This document shows, piece after piece, positions 32,865 to 47,060 of a stretch of DNA of 64,000 bases. Both the position numbers and the translations under genes were made by a program. Below the pieces are notes generated by a model, which searched no databases, was not told where the DNA came from, and worked only from the letters and a program-made list of their open reading frames with translations. The stretch comes from the human T2T-CHM13v2.0 reference genome, Homo sapiens. Each line of letters starts with the position of its first letter. Within the stretch, counting starts at the first letter, position 1. Where the stretch lies: assembly GCF_009914755.1 (NCBI RefSeq), contig NC_060947.1. One strand, given 5' to 3'.

Positions 32865-33158
32865 TTTTTTAAAACTTTTATTTTAGGTTTGGGGATACAT
32901 ATGAAGGTTTGTTACATACATAAACACATTTCATAGGGGGTTGTTGTACATATTATTTAATCACCCAGGTATTAAGCCCAGTACTCAATAGTTATCTTTA
33001 CTGTTCATCTCCCTCCTCCCGCCCTCCCTCCTCAAGTAGACCCCAGTGTCTGTTGTTTCCTTTTGTGTGTTCATAAGATCTTACCATTTAGCTCTCACTT
33101 ATAAGTGAAAACATGCAGTATTTGGTTTTGTGTTCCTGTGTTGTTTGCTAGGGGTAAT
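32865..33158 (-). mobile_element. 5'-truncated L1PA15-like 3' end
   Basis: aacttttattttaggtttgggg...cacccaggtattaagcccagtac...caagtagaccccagtgtctg. TSD tatttgccaat (32854-32864) / tatttgctaat (33160-33170). Confidence 0.85.
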
Positions 33159-34615
33159 ATATTTGCTAATCTAATAATCAAAACTAGTTAATATAACTTT
33201 CTAAAGGGTGTAACTCTTCAAGATGGCATATGTAATTGATATGAATCCAGCTGATGTTACACATAATAAAATTGCATCCCATATGAAAAGAAAAAATGTT
33301 TATATTATGTACTTTATAAAGAACTTTAGCTTTATCAGTCCACTGGACTACTTTTTATAATGTGTATATACAGCTAAACTCCAGTCAGAAATACAAAGTC
33401 AGAACATCATGATGATGTACAGTTTTCTGTTTCTAAAACAGTGTTAAATCTTAGACTTGGGAACAAACGAAGCAGCAGAGTTACAATTTATCAGTCATTT
33501 AGTAATACATTAACATCCCTGACTAAAAAGCAGAGCCCTCATGGTGTTTATTGCTTCAATAAACATGCAATTAGGTTGGGGAAAAAAGATAAGCTCAGCT
33601 GGTATCTATAGAGATACTAGTCCTCAATTGTCATTAGCCAGAATTTCACCTGCTGTCAACAAAATCTCTCGGGTAAATTTCAATTGCCTGGAAGATTCAC
33701 CTTTATGGAATAACTGGTATGCCAAGAATGCTTTACATTCCTATCCTGATAGTAAAACAAAACAAGCACACTAAAAACTGAAATATCATTGACAGTTAAA
33801 ATATTGACTAACAATATTAGGCGTAATTTATCTCTACAGAAAGAAAAAGATGATACTAGTTCTATTTTGTTTACCTCTCTCAGTGTGGGGTGAAAGTTAA
33901 AACCAGAAAACAACAGAAGGAACACTACCAAGACTCTACCCCACAGCTGTAATATAATACTACGAAGGGAAAAGCACTGATAGCAACCAAGCAACATGCC
34001 CTATGTGCCTATTTTGGAAAAAGAAAGTGTTTCTATTACAGATTATACATTTTGTAGTTAATCCTCGTGATTTTCTAACCATTCCATATTTTAAAATGGA
34101 AGGTAAGATTTCAGCTAAGAATCAAAATAATAGTGATATGATACAGAGACAAGTTACCCATACTGTGGTAACTATGTAATATTGCTCAGTGGAAAAGCAT
34201 TCCATAAATGATGCTGGGAACAAAGCTAAACTTGGGTTTCACCAGGAGTTAAAAGGGCTACTGAACTTCAATTGGGAATTCAAAGAATGAGGCAGCATGT
34301 TTGCATATATTCAAAGGGCAACAAAACAGCATGCTGCCTTTGAGAACAGTGCCACTTAATGTATGTTTAAGCTAGAATGTTGCCAACAATTCAATTTGTG
34401 AAAGACTGTCAATAAGTGTGTGTGAAAAAAAAGCCAAGAGAAGGGTCCATTATTGATTTTCCCAATTTGTGGAAATTGCAACAGCTGTTTACTTTTGTGA
34501 GGCTGCTCAAACTGGGAGAAGTTGTTAAACATTGTATATATATCTTGGAAATTATTGGTGATACAATAAGGTTTCACAAAACAGGGATTTATGCCCTTAA
34601 ATATCCATGTCTTTG

Positions 34616-34616
<1 letters not shown>

Positions 34617-34650
<34 letters not shown>
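34617..34650. repeat. Poly(T)34
   Basis: Uninterrupted T run. Confidence 0.95.
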
Positions 34651-34652
<2 letters not shown>

Positions 34653-34854
34653 CTGGCCATTGTCTCTACCTGAATGCCCAACTAACTCAAATGTAATCTC
34701 CTCTTTCTGAAAGTGATTGTCCTGATTCACCTGATCTTCCTCTTCTACAAGTAAATGATTGTCACCTTATATACATTAATATAAACTTCATGCTTATGTC
34801 TATTACCAATTCTTTCAAAAAAAAGTAGTATAACTTAGAAGTTAAAAATATCAA

Positions 34855-34995
34855 TTTTGAAGATAAGCAGAGCTGGACCCAAATTCTATCTCCAGAATTT
34901 ACTACATGTGTGACTTAGGGAAAGATGCTTAATCTCTCTGAGGCTTGCTCCCTCTAGCTTGAAACATGGATATTTCCAACACCTACCTCATGATG
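34855..34995 (+). mobile_element. MIR
   Basis: cagagctggacccaaattctatctcc...tgtgtgacttagggaaag...cttaatctctctgagg. Confidence 0.7.
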
Positions 34996-35189
34996 TTTCC
35001 TAAATGTTTTATGCTGTTTTATACCACTAGGCAATCCCCTCTGTCAGTTCTTCCAATGTTCTACATACTTAACTATTTTTATAGTTATCTCCTCTTTAAA
35101 TAGTCAAGTGTAACTTTTTCCAGGAAATTACCCATGATTACTTATTTACCTCAAATCTATTGTCCATGCTGTGCTCCCAGAATATTTTT

Positions 35190-35620
35190 AAAAGATACTA
35201 TAATAATTCATATTACAAAACCTTGTGAAAGTATCCATGTTTTTTCATGTAGTTAGTTCATCTCCACTGTATAGTATTTTATTTTGTGAATATACTGCAA
35301 TGTATTTATCCGTCGTACTGTTGATGTATATTTGGGAAGTTTCCAGCCTTTGCTTATTATCCATAGTGCTGCTGCAAACATTCTAGTACGTTTATTTTGA
35401 TAAACATGTTCACATTTCTGTTGTGGATATACCTAGGAGTAGAATTGCTGGGTCATAGGATATACATATGTTCAAATTGGTAAAAACTGCAAAAGGTTTT
35501 CCAAAATAGTTGTCCTAATGTACCCTCATACTACCAATGTAGGTGCATTTCAGTTATTTCACATCCTCACCAACACCTGCAATTATCAAGTTTTTTCCTT
35601 TAGCCATCCTAATAAGTGGA
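35190..35620 (-). mobile_element. Old L1M fragment
   Basis: ggatatacctaggagtagaattgctgggtcatagg...cacatcctcaccaacac. Confidence 0.75.
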
Positions 35621-36139
35621 CTGTACTTTAACAGATGGAACATAATCAGAAAGATGTGGGATATATCTAAGATGTAATAAGAGAACAAGAATGGGAATTG
35701 AATAGCACATATTTGAAGGTAATGGTTAGGAACAAGTAAAAGTAATTCACGTTTGTAACCCCACTGAATTAACAGTGTTTAATAAAGCAGTTGCATTTCT
35801 CTGGTTATACTCAATATAATCAGATTATACTCAATATATTCAGACAGCAGAAACCAGACACTACACTGTGCAGACTTACACAGGGCCTGACAAATATTAG
35901 GCACTCAATGTTTGATGAAAGAAAAAATAAATGCTTAAATACCTCCTGTTGTGAGAGACTTACTACACCTCAAGGCCGGAGAAAGGAAAGAATTTAAGTA
36001 TTTCATGGAGCAAGAGCATCTTAAGGATATAGGAAGAAGAGAAGAAATAGTAGACACAAAAATTAAAAATAAGAAATATGTGAAGGAGAAAGCAGAGAGC
36101 TAGGTCTGAAAAAGATGAAGGATCTAATTTTATTAATTT

Positions 36140-37672
<1,533 letters not shown>

Positions 37673-37696
37673 TCCAAAGATTATCTCTCCAAGGAA

Positions 37697-37785
37697 TATC
37701 TATTTATCTATCTATCTAATCTGTTATATATATATGTATATATGATCTGTTATATATATATATAATCTGTTATATATATAATCTG

Positions 37786-37826
<41 letters not shown>
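37697..37826. repeat. (TA)n-rich compound repeat with repeated atctgtt(at)n units
   Basis: Four atctgttatata units, then (TA)n(CA)n. Confidence 0.9.
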
Positions 37827-37837
37827 ACAGATGTATA

Positions 37838-38523
37838 TAACAACAGATGCTGGCGAGACTGTGGAGAAATAGGAATGCTTTTACACTGTTGGTGGGAGTG
37901 TAAATTAGTTCAACCATTGTGGAAGACAGTGTGGCCATTCCTTAAGGATCTAGAACTAGAAATACCATTTGACTCAGCAATCCCATTACCGGGTACATAC
38001 ACAAAGGATTATAAATCATTCTACTATAAAGACACATGCACATGTATGTTTGTTGCAGCACTATTTACAATAGCAAAGACTTGGAACCAACCCAAATGCC
38101 CATCAATGATAGACTGAATAAAGAAAATGTGGCACATATACACCATGGAATACTATGCAGCCGTAAAAAAGAATGAGTTCATGTCCTTTGCAGTGATGTG
38201 GATGAAGCTGGAAACCATCATCCTCAGCAAACTAACACTGGAACAGAAAACCAAACACCACATGTTCTCAGTCATAAGTGGGAGTTGAACAATGAGAACA
38301 CATGGACACGGGGAGAGGAACAACACATACCAGGGCCTGTCAGTGGGTTGGGGGCAAGGGGAGGGAGAGCATTAGGACAAATACTTAATGCATGCGGGGC
38401 TTAAAACCTAGATGATGAGTTGATAGGTGCAGCAAACCACCATGGCACATGTATACCTATGTAACAAACCTGCACGTTCTACACATGTATCCCAGAACTT
38501 AAAGTAAAATTTTTTAAAAAAGA
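37838..38523 (+). mobile_element. 5'-truncated L1PA7/8-like 3' fragment
   Basis: ORF2 C-terminus (LLHCWWECKLVQPLWK; ORF 37875-38117); 3'UTR gcatgcggggcttaaaacctagatg. Confidence 0.92.
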
Positions 38524-38629
38524 AATTAATGGGTAATGAATTTCCTCCTACACTGATATGAAAAGACACTCTTTGTACTGACAGAATTTCACTAGCTGGG
38601 GTAATAAATACAAATCCCTTTACCAAAAA

Positions 38630-38656
38630 AGGAAGGAAGGAAGGAAGGAAGGAAGG
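38630..38656. repeat. (GGAA)n
   Basis: About 6 copies. Confidence 0.9.
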
Positions 38657-38674
38657 ACAAGCAAGAAAGGAAAG

Positions 38675-39150
38675 TGATATGAATAGAATCATGCAGTATG
38701 TATTCTTTTGGTATTGGCTTTTTTCACTTAGCATACCTCCCCAAAGACTGATATATTAGTTTAGTTATTGGATATATCAATAGTTTGTTGTTGTTTTTTA
38801 ATTTCTAAGTAATATTACATGGTGTGGATATAGAACAATTTGTTTAAGAATTCACCCACTGAAGGATATGTGGGTTGTTTCTAGTTTTTGGCTATTACAA
38901 ATAAACATGCTATGAACATTTGTGTACAGGATTTTGCATGAGCATAATTTTAATTTCTCTGAGATAAATGCCAAGAATGCAACTGCTGAGGAATATGTCC
39001 GTTTCATTTTTAGTTTTATAAGAAAATGCCAAACTGTTTTTGAGTGGATGTGTCATTTTACATTCCCACTGCAATGTATGAATGATTTTATTTCTCCACA
39101 TCCTCACTAACACTTGGTTGTTTTTATTCTAGTCATTCTGATAGGTGTGT
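38675..39150 (-). mobile_element. L1MC/MD-type ORF2-end/3'UTR fragment
   Basis: agaatcatgcagtatg...ggcttttttcacttagcat...cattcccactgcaatgtatg...tagtcattctgataggtgtgt. Confidence 0.8.
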
Positions 39151-39470
39151 ATCAAGAACCAAAACTTTTGCTATGTGTCAGACTCTGTTAACAGGATGAA
39201 AGGTTAAGCTACAGATTGGGAAAAGATATTTGCAAACCACATATCAAATAAAGAGCAAATATATAGAGACATGTGAAGAAATCCCAAAACTGAACAGTAA
39301 AAACAAAAAAAATCAAATTAGAAAATGGGCAAAAGCCATGAGGAGACATTTCACTGAAGAGGAGATACAGCAGGCCAATAAGAAAATGAAAATATATTCA
39401 GTGTTCTTAGCCACTAAGGAAATGCAAATTAAAACCACAATGTGATATCATTACATACCTGTCAGAGTGG
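39151..39470 (+). mobile_element. Inverted upstream ORF2 segment of the same old L1
   Basis: Sense ORF2 sequence (IRKWAKAMRRHFTEEEIQ...KEMQIKTT in ORF 39230-39445), ending where the antisense piece begins. Confidence 0.75.
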
Positions 39471-39506
39471 GTCTACATATAATAGCATGGTACGGAGATC
39501 CCTATT

Positions 39507-39671
39507 GAGAGAGAGAGAGAGAGAGAAGGAAGGAAGGAAGGAAGGAAGGAAGGAAGGAAGGAAGGAAGGAAGGAAGGAAGGAAGGGAGGGAGGAAGGAAG
39601 GGAGGGAGGGATGAAGGGAGAATGAGAGAGAGACAGAGGGGAGAGAGAAAGAGAGAGAAAAAGAGAGAGAG
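39507..39671. repeat. (GA)n/(GGAA)n purine tract
   Basis: About 165 bp, almost all purine. Confidence 0.95.
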
Positions 39672-39984
39672 GTTAAGTAGCAGCAAAATACTAAAAATCT
39701 TCTTGGAAGAAGATAGAAGAAAAGGGGAACAACAACCTAGACAAAACCTTCAAAGCAGCCAGCCCCAAGGCATTATCCACTTGAAATATTGATAGCCTTA
39801 GCCAGACACAAGTTTCAGCCAAAGTTGGGTTTCAGTACTCCAATAGGATTCAGACTAAAGATTTTCCCATTCTATTTGCTAAGAAACCATTTGTCATCTT
39901 CCCTTTAAGTCAACAGCTCAATACCACAATGTCACAGGCCCACCCAGTCTAAGCTAACCTGAGTCATATCCGCAAGCAGAGTTT

Positions 39985-40118
39985 GATGCTGACCTTTTCA
40001 TATTTGGTATTTGACTGCCTGGCCCATCAATGGGTTTCATATCTCTCTGTTTACATCTTCACTAAACTGTAAAGAGGGGACTGTCAGTCAAAATACCAAG
40101 TGCTGAAAGGTCACAGCT
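39985..40118. repeat. Imperfect inverted repeat, possibly MER135-like ancient palindromic element
   Basis: Arms tgaccttttcatatttggtatttgactg (39990-40017) and cagtcaaaataccaagtgctgaaaggtca (40085-40113) are near reverse complements. Confidence 0.65.
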
Positions 40119-40559
40119 GACAGCTTACTATTTGCCAATGGTTTTTAATCATTCACTCTGCAATACATCCGAGACTCTACGGTTAATTCCATTTGTTATT
40201 GACAGAAATAATTTCAACCAGCCCTCATTTCTGGGGTTTACCAGAAACCAGAAACAAATACGACAGAATCCCACTATATTGTAGGGATTGGGGATGATTC
40301 AGTTCAACAGGCTTTTCTTCAATATCTTTTACATGTACAGGAATGTGTTGATTGCAGTAGGAACACAAAAGAAGCAAAAATCATACCCCTTACTTAACTG
40401 AGTTTTAGAAAAAAATGTAGAGAGATAAGACATACCCATGTAAACCATGTTTTCAAGCCCTTCATAACTCATGGATATTAACTGAAATTATCAAAGCACA
40501 TTGAATAGATTTGATAAGATGTAATACTGTCTTAGAATGTAACACTCTGTGTCCTTCAT

Positions 40560-40772
40560 TAGGGTTTCTTAACCTCAGTGCTATTGTCGTTTGGGGCCAG
40601 ATAATTCATTGTTAAAGAAACTGTCCTGTACATTGCAGGATATGTAACAGTATCCCTGACCTCTATCCAATAATTGCTAGTACCATCTTTCCCAGTTATG
40701 ACAACCAAAAAGGCTTCAAATATTGCCAAATGTCTCCTGTAGTGCCAAATTACCCCTGATTGAGAACCACTG
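40560..40772. mobile_element. MER20 (hAT-Charlie MITE)
   Basis: agggtttcttaacctcagtgctattg...tggggccagataattc...gacaaccaaaaa...attgccaaatgtc...ttgagaaccactg. Confidence 0.88.
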
Positions 40773-40945
40773 CTCTAAAAATAAAATAGATGTATGCTTG
40801 TCAATATAAGTGAAATTTGCAAGATACAGAAGATTCTTTCATATATATCTGAGACAAAAGTCTATATCTTCTACATCTTGTGCTTTTCACTAATAATATA
40901 TATTACATGTATATATTATGTATCTATATATTAGAAAGCCTAGAC

Positions 40946-41236
40946 CAGTGTCTCTCACTCAGCTTGGCTACATATTATAATTGCTGGAGGAGCTTTATCT
41001 CTGGAGGTAGGACCTGTGCTCTCGTATTTTTTCAGAGTTCCACTGGTGATTCCATTGTTATTTGGCTAGGGTTGATAACCACCCAGAGGGCTTGTGAAAA
41101 CACAGATTGCACAGCCTCATCTCCAGAGTTTCTAAATCAGTAGGTCTGGGGCAGGGCCACATAATTTGCTTTTCTAACAAGTTCCCAGGTTATGTCCATG
41201 GTACTGGCCCAAGGAACAAAACTTTTAGAACAACTG
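40946..41236. mobile_element. MER5-family MITE(s)
   Basis: ccagagtttctaaatcagtaggtctggggcagggcc...tttctaacaagttcccagg...ttttagaacaactg. Confidence 0.75.
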
Positions 41237-41389
41237 TTATAGAAGGATTTACCCCAAGTTATTGTGACAGTGTTCTTTTCTTCTCAAGTAAAATTGTAGA
41301 CCAGAGGAAAAGGGAAAGTTGACATTTTTATCTTATATTATTATATATTGTTTGAGTGTTTTTGATAGGCATATATTTCTTTAATGTGA

Positions 41390-41534
41390 GTTTTTAAATT
41401 TCCAAAACGAAAGAGTACACTGACAATATTTGAAGCACCCTTTATGTCCCTACCTTCTGAATTGCCTCCCTATTCTTTCATCAAAGATATTCACTATCCT
41501 TAAAATTTTATTAACCATTCTCTAGCTTTTATTA

Positions 41535-41580
<46 letters not shown>

Positions 41581-42370
41581 GAGATGGAGTTTCATTCTGT
41601 CGCCTAGGCTGGAGAGCAGTGGCATGATTTTAGCTCATTGCAACCTCTATCTCCCAGATTCAAGGATTCTCCTGCCTCAGACTCCCAAGTAGCTGGGATT
41701 ACAGGTGCCCGCCACCATGTCTGGCTAATTTTTGTATTTGTTTTTTTTAAGTAGAGATGCAGTTCTGCCATGTTAGCCAGGCTGGTCTCAAACTCCTGAC
41801 CTCAGGTGATCCTCTCACCTCAGCTTCCCAAAGTGCTGGGATTACAGGCATGAGCCACTGAGCCCGGCCAATTCTCTAGCTTTTTGAAAGTAGCTGTTCC
41901 ACCTATACCCATATCACTAAGCAATGTATTGTTTGGTTTTATCTACTTTTTTAAAACTTTGTAAAACTGAAATCATATTATTTGTATTTATCTATGACAT
42001 GATATTTTTGGGTAAATGTCATGTTTTTATTTTTAAATTTACCTATGTTGATGTTTATAGTTATGGTTTCTTCATTTTCATTCATTGCACGATATTCCCC
42101 AATATACTTATACATATTTTATATGTATAAATTCATGTTATTTGTAGTTTTTCCCCTTAAAAACAATCCTGCCATGAACATTCAAGTACATGCACATGTT
42201 TATCTTTACTCGGTATATAGATTATACCAATCCACACTCCCAACAGCAGTAGATAAGTATTCCCATTATATTATATCCTCACTAACACTTGGTATTAACA
42301 GATTTTTACTTTCTTCCCCATTTGATTTTTGCAAAATGATATCTCCTTGTGGTCTTAATTTGCATTTCCA
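41390..42370 (-). mobile_element. Old L1ME-type fragment, split by an Alu
   Basis: aaacaatcctgccatgaacattc...cacactcccaacagcagt...atcctcactaacacttggtatt...ttaatttgcatttcc. Confidence 0.6.
41531..41869 (-). mobile_element. AluS, full length, (TTA)n tail
   Basis: TSD attctctagctttt at 41517-41530 and 41871-41884. Confidence 0.95.
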
Positions 42371-42789
42371 TGTTGCAAATTCATTTCCAAAGAAGCTAAC
42401 TTAGCACCTCAATAAAACATGTATAATCTCAGAGGCACAAAACTTTAAGGTCCCTGAGAAACTCCGTGGGGCATTCACAAACACCCACAAGCGGGAAGGA
42501 ATAAATTCTGTGTTTGCTGAACGGGCTTAATGAATTTTATTACAGAAAAATGACACTGACCATAGGTCTGCACTCGAAAATTTTAAGATATTTTTACATT
42601 CATTTAGATTCTTGCAAAAAGGAGTGCTTGAAGGTGGCTAGACAAATTTTCTTATCCCAAACTCACAGAAGAGACCATGGAAAGTCTGCATTTAGCAAAC
42701 CTTCCTCAATAACACCATTGACTTTTGACAATGCTGGGGTCACAAAATAACCAAAAGGCAAAACTAAAAGCAACCTTGAAATTTACCTC

Positions 42790-42905
42790 TCTCAATCCTT
42801 CACTTTCTAGTGGAGAAACTAGAAGATTACAGAGCAGAAGTGATATATTCTAGGTCATATAGCCAGTTTGTCCCTGAGCTGAGAATAATAATGCAAATTT
42901 GTCCT
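42790..42905 (-). mobile_element. MIR fragment
   Basis: ggagaaactagaa...cagagcagaagtga...ctaggtcatatagccag. Confidence 0.5.
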
Positions 42906-43899
42906 CTTTTCAGTGCACCTCCCCAACATCCTGAAAAGAGGTCTGTGAAAGAAATTCAGGATAAGAATCCCTGATATGGAGGCATAGAGATATAGGAATG
43001 GGCCCTTAGGTGCAGGAAGTTAAATGGGAGTGCTCAGGCCAAGAAGGCCATTCCTTAGGGGGGGTTTTGGCATCATTGAGGGATGCTCTCAATGCTCCCA
43101 CCCAGTTAGAGCAATCATTCCCCAGGATGGTGCCAGACTAGATGAGTTAGCGCACACTAGTGCTTTCTAATGGGGTAGTCCCCAGCTATAGAGTAACCTG
43201 CCAGCCACCTTGACATGGGCTTCCGGAAGTCATTGTTTTAAAGCAGGCACCATTGCGCTGGCTGAAAATACCTCATTCAGATTATCACACTCTTAATTAG
43301 CTGTGCATGATGGCAATCAATTAAGGATGGCATAAAAGCCAATAGAAATAATACAACTCTCATTAGGGATTTCTCATTTGTTATATGAGTGTGTCTACTG
43401 GGTAAATTCCCATTAAAGCAAACTGGGGCCTATTATTTAAGCCATTTCAGGAGAGTGCTGGGTTATCTTTCCCTTTGACATTTATTGTACCTGGCATAAA
43501 GGTTAAAAACAATTATGTTCACTAGGAATATTTATTATCTTGTGAGATTCAAGCAGGGCCATTATGTTTGTTTTCTTCTCTTTATCAAAGCTGGTCAAGG
43601 GGAGACTTTTTAATGAGCTTGAGCTAAATATTAAGGAAATTTTTCCTTCCCTGCACTCAGAGAGATAAACCTGGAAATAAACCTGAAAATAGTGATACTC
43701 TGTAAAAGCCATAGCTCTGAGACGGCGTTTATCATTTGTATACTGCTACTGCTGCACATGCTTTAGGCCAGCTTCCATTGTCTAAGAGTCATATCAGCAT
43801 CCCCAGGAAGCCCAGTCATATTAGTGAAAGAACACTAGATTGGGAATTAGGGGAGCCTGGTTTCAAGACCTTGCTCTTCCACCAACTTCCTGTATGACT

Positions 43900-45050
<1,151 letters not shown>

Positions 45051-45112
45051 ATAGAATTTCTCTAATTTGGGCTTCAATTTCTCTATCTGTGTAATAATAT
45101 AATTGAACTAGT

Positions 45113-45323
45113 CTAATGGTCAGCAAACATATTTCTGTAAAGGGCCAGATAGTGTTTTTGCAGGTATATTCTCTGTCACAACTACTGAACTCTCCATTGT
45201 AACATGAAAGCAGCCATAGACAATATATAAATGAATAAGCATGACTCTGTTCCAATAAAACTTTATTTACAAAAACAGGCAGAGAGCCAGGTTTGGCCCC
45301 CAGGCCGTAATGTGCCAACCCCC
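45113..45323. mobile_element. MER58A (hAT MITE)
   Basis: ggtcagcaaac...ttctgtaaagggccagatag...aaagcagccatagacaata...gttccaataaaactttatttacaaaaacaggc. Confidence 0.9.
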
Positions 45324-45662
45324 AAACTAGATGATCTTTAAGGGATTATTTGGTTCGGGTGTTCTGTGGCCCCCCAAGGTGTAAGAAAATAGGTTTGATG
45401 TTAGGAAATTTTTTTCTTATATCTCATGTCACAGCACATAACTACCTATTCTATTCGTACTTAGACCTGGACAGCCCAGCAGAAAAAGAAGAGTAGGCCA
45501 AGCAAAGTGTCATAGAACACCGAACAGTGTTCTATGGGCTTAAGTCACTACCTCCCTTCTAAAACATAAATCATAGTATCAGCTTCCTCAGTGGTTTCTT
45601 TCACAGCATGCCACATGCTAGAAGAGAATCATCAAGGGAAGGTCTCCACTGAACAGGGTATC

Positions 45663-46250
45663 TGTATAGTAAAGAATTTACTTTGCCCAGAAAAAGGGCT
45701 GGCCTTTGATCTTGGCTTCTGGGAAGTAATAGCTAAGGCTTTGGCATGTCATGCCTGATACAAAGTGTATTTGTTTACTAGGCGGCCTTGACTCGAGACA
45801 GTAAGACAATACAATTTATGACAAGGGCTTTGGGCCATGCAAAGTTCACTCCACTTTAAAGAAATGGAGACTATAGGCCAGCCACATGGTAACAGCTCTA
45901 CCACTAGAGAGTATGGAAACTAAGGATCAGTCATATAGGTAGTGAACCATGGAGCTGTAATAAAAACTCTGGACACCAAGGCTCAGATGAGCTTTTCCAG
46001 TTGGTAATACACTGCATATTGTCACACACTGATACTGATAAAAATAATGCTGCCCATAACTCCTTAAGAAAGGACAACTAGAAGCTCTATATTTGCAACT
46101 TTTCTTGACTCTGCCTTATGCATATCTTCTCTTGAATGATTTTAATCTGTATCCCTTTGCTGTAATAATTCATAACCATGGATATAACAGCTTTCGGTAA
46201 GTTCTGTGAGTCCTTAAACATTGCACCTGAGTGTGGTTTTAAGAACTGTG
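45663..46250 (+). mobile_element. MER21-family ERV LTR, partial
   Basis: tgtatagtaaagaattta...ggcttctgggaagtaa...taaaaactctggacaccaaggctc...gattttaatctgtatcc...gttctgtgagtcct. Confidence 0.8.
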
Positions 46251-46589
46251 TTGCCTCAAACTCTGCAGTACCCTAGTCTCCTAGCCAAGAAAAGGAAAAA
46301 TATCTTCTTTTAGCTTCCCCTGCCTTCTTATTAAAATTTCCAGGGTTTCTCAATGCCAAACTTTGATTCCATGTTCTTCCAAATCCCACCAAAGGCAAAC
46401 TCTCAAATACTATGAAGACCAAAGGGGAAAGTCCATGCCCTTATATCGACCATTAATATCCATGAGGTCCTAATGTTGAGGTCACAATATAGTTATGCCG
46501 AGAAACTGATAGACAAGTGATCACCAAAGGGAATCTTGGGGATATTATTCTCAGCATTACATAACAGAATCAGATATAACCAGATCTAG

Positions 46590-46690
46590 TGTCTCTCTCT
46601 TTTTCTCTCTCTATTTCCTTTCCTTCCTCTCTCCCTCCCCCTTTCTTTTCATTTCTGCCTTCCTCCCTTTCTCCCTCTGTTTTTCTTGCA
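46590..46690. repeat. CT-rich low-complexity tract
   Basis: Pyrimidine tract. Confidence 0.8.
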
Positions 46691-46784
46691 GTCAATAAGT
46701 CTTTTAAATAAACTAATTAATAGATGCAAACTCAATTGTTTGTCTATCCTAAACATTTCAAAAATGTTTACTGTTTGAAATCTT

Positions 46785-47060
46785 TGTTAATTGGAGAATG
46801 GTTGAGTAAAATATGATGTATCCACAATGGAATGCTACTCAGCCATTAAAATATTTGTGGTGTTTTAATAATATAAAAATTATTTAATTTACTATAAAAA
46901 TACAGGATTGAAATATATACAGTGCGTCAACTAATGTTTACGTACATCTATGTAATACAAATGAAAATGAATGAAATAATAAAAAATTAATTATTTCTTG
47001 TGGGATTATAAATAATTCCCTTTGCTATATTTTTATATTATCCACATTTTTAGCTTTTGT
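46785..47060 (+). mobile_element. Old L1M 3' fragment
   Basis: gagaatggttgagtaaaatatgatgtatccacaatggaatgctactcagccattaaaa. Confidence 0.6.

Noticed and set aside
34356-34730. Poly-Lys and poly-Phe ORFs
   Set aside because: Translation of the T34 run
39442-39792. Charged ERKEG-repeat ORF
   Set aside because: Translation of a GA/GGAA microsatellite
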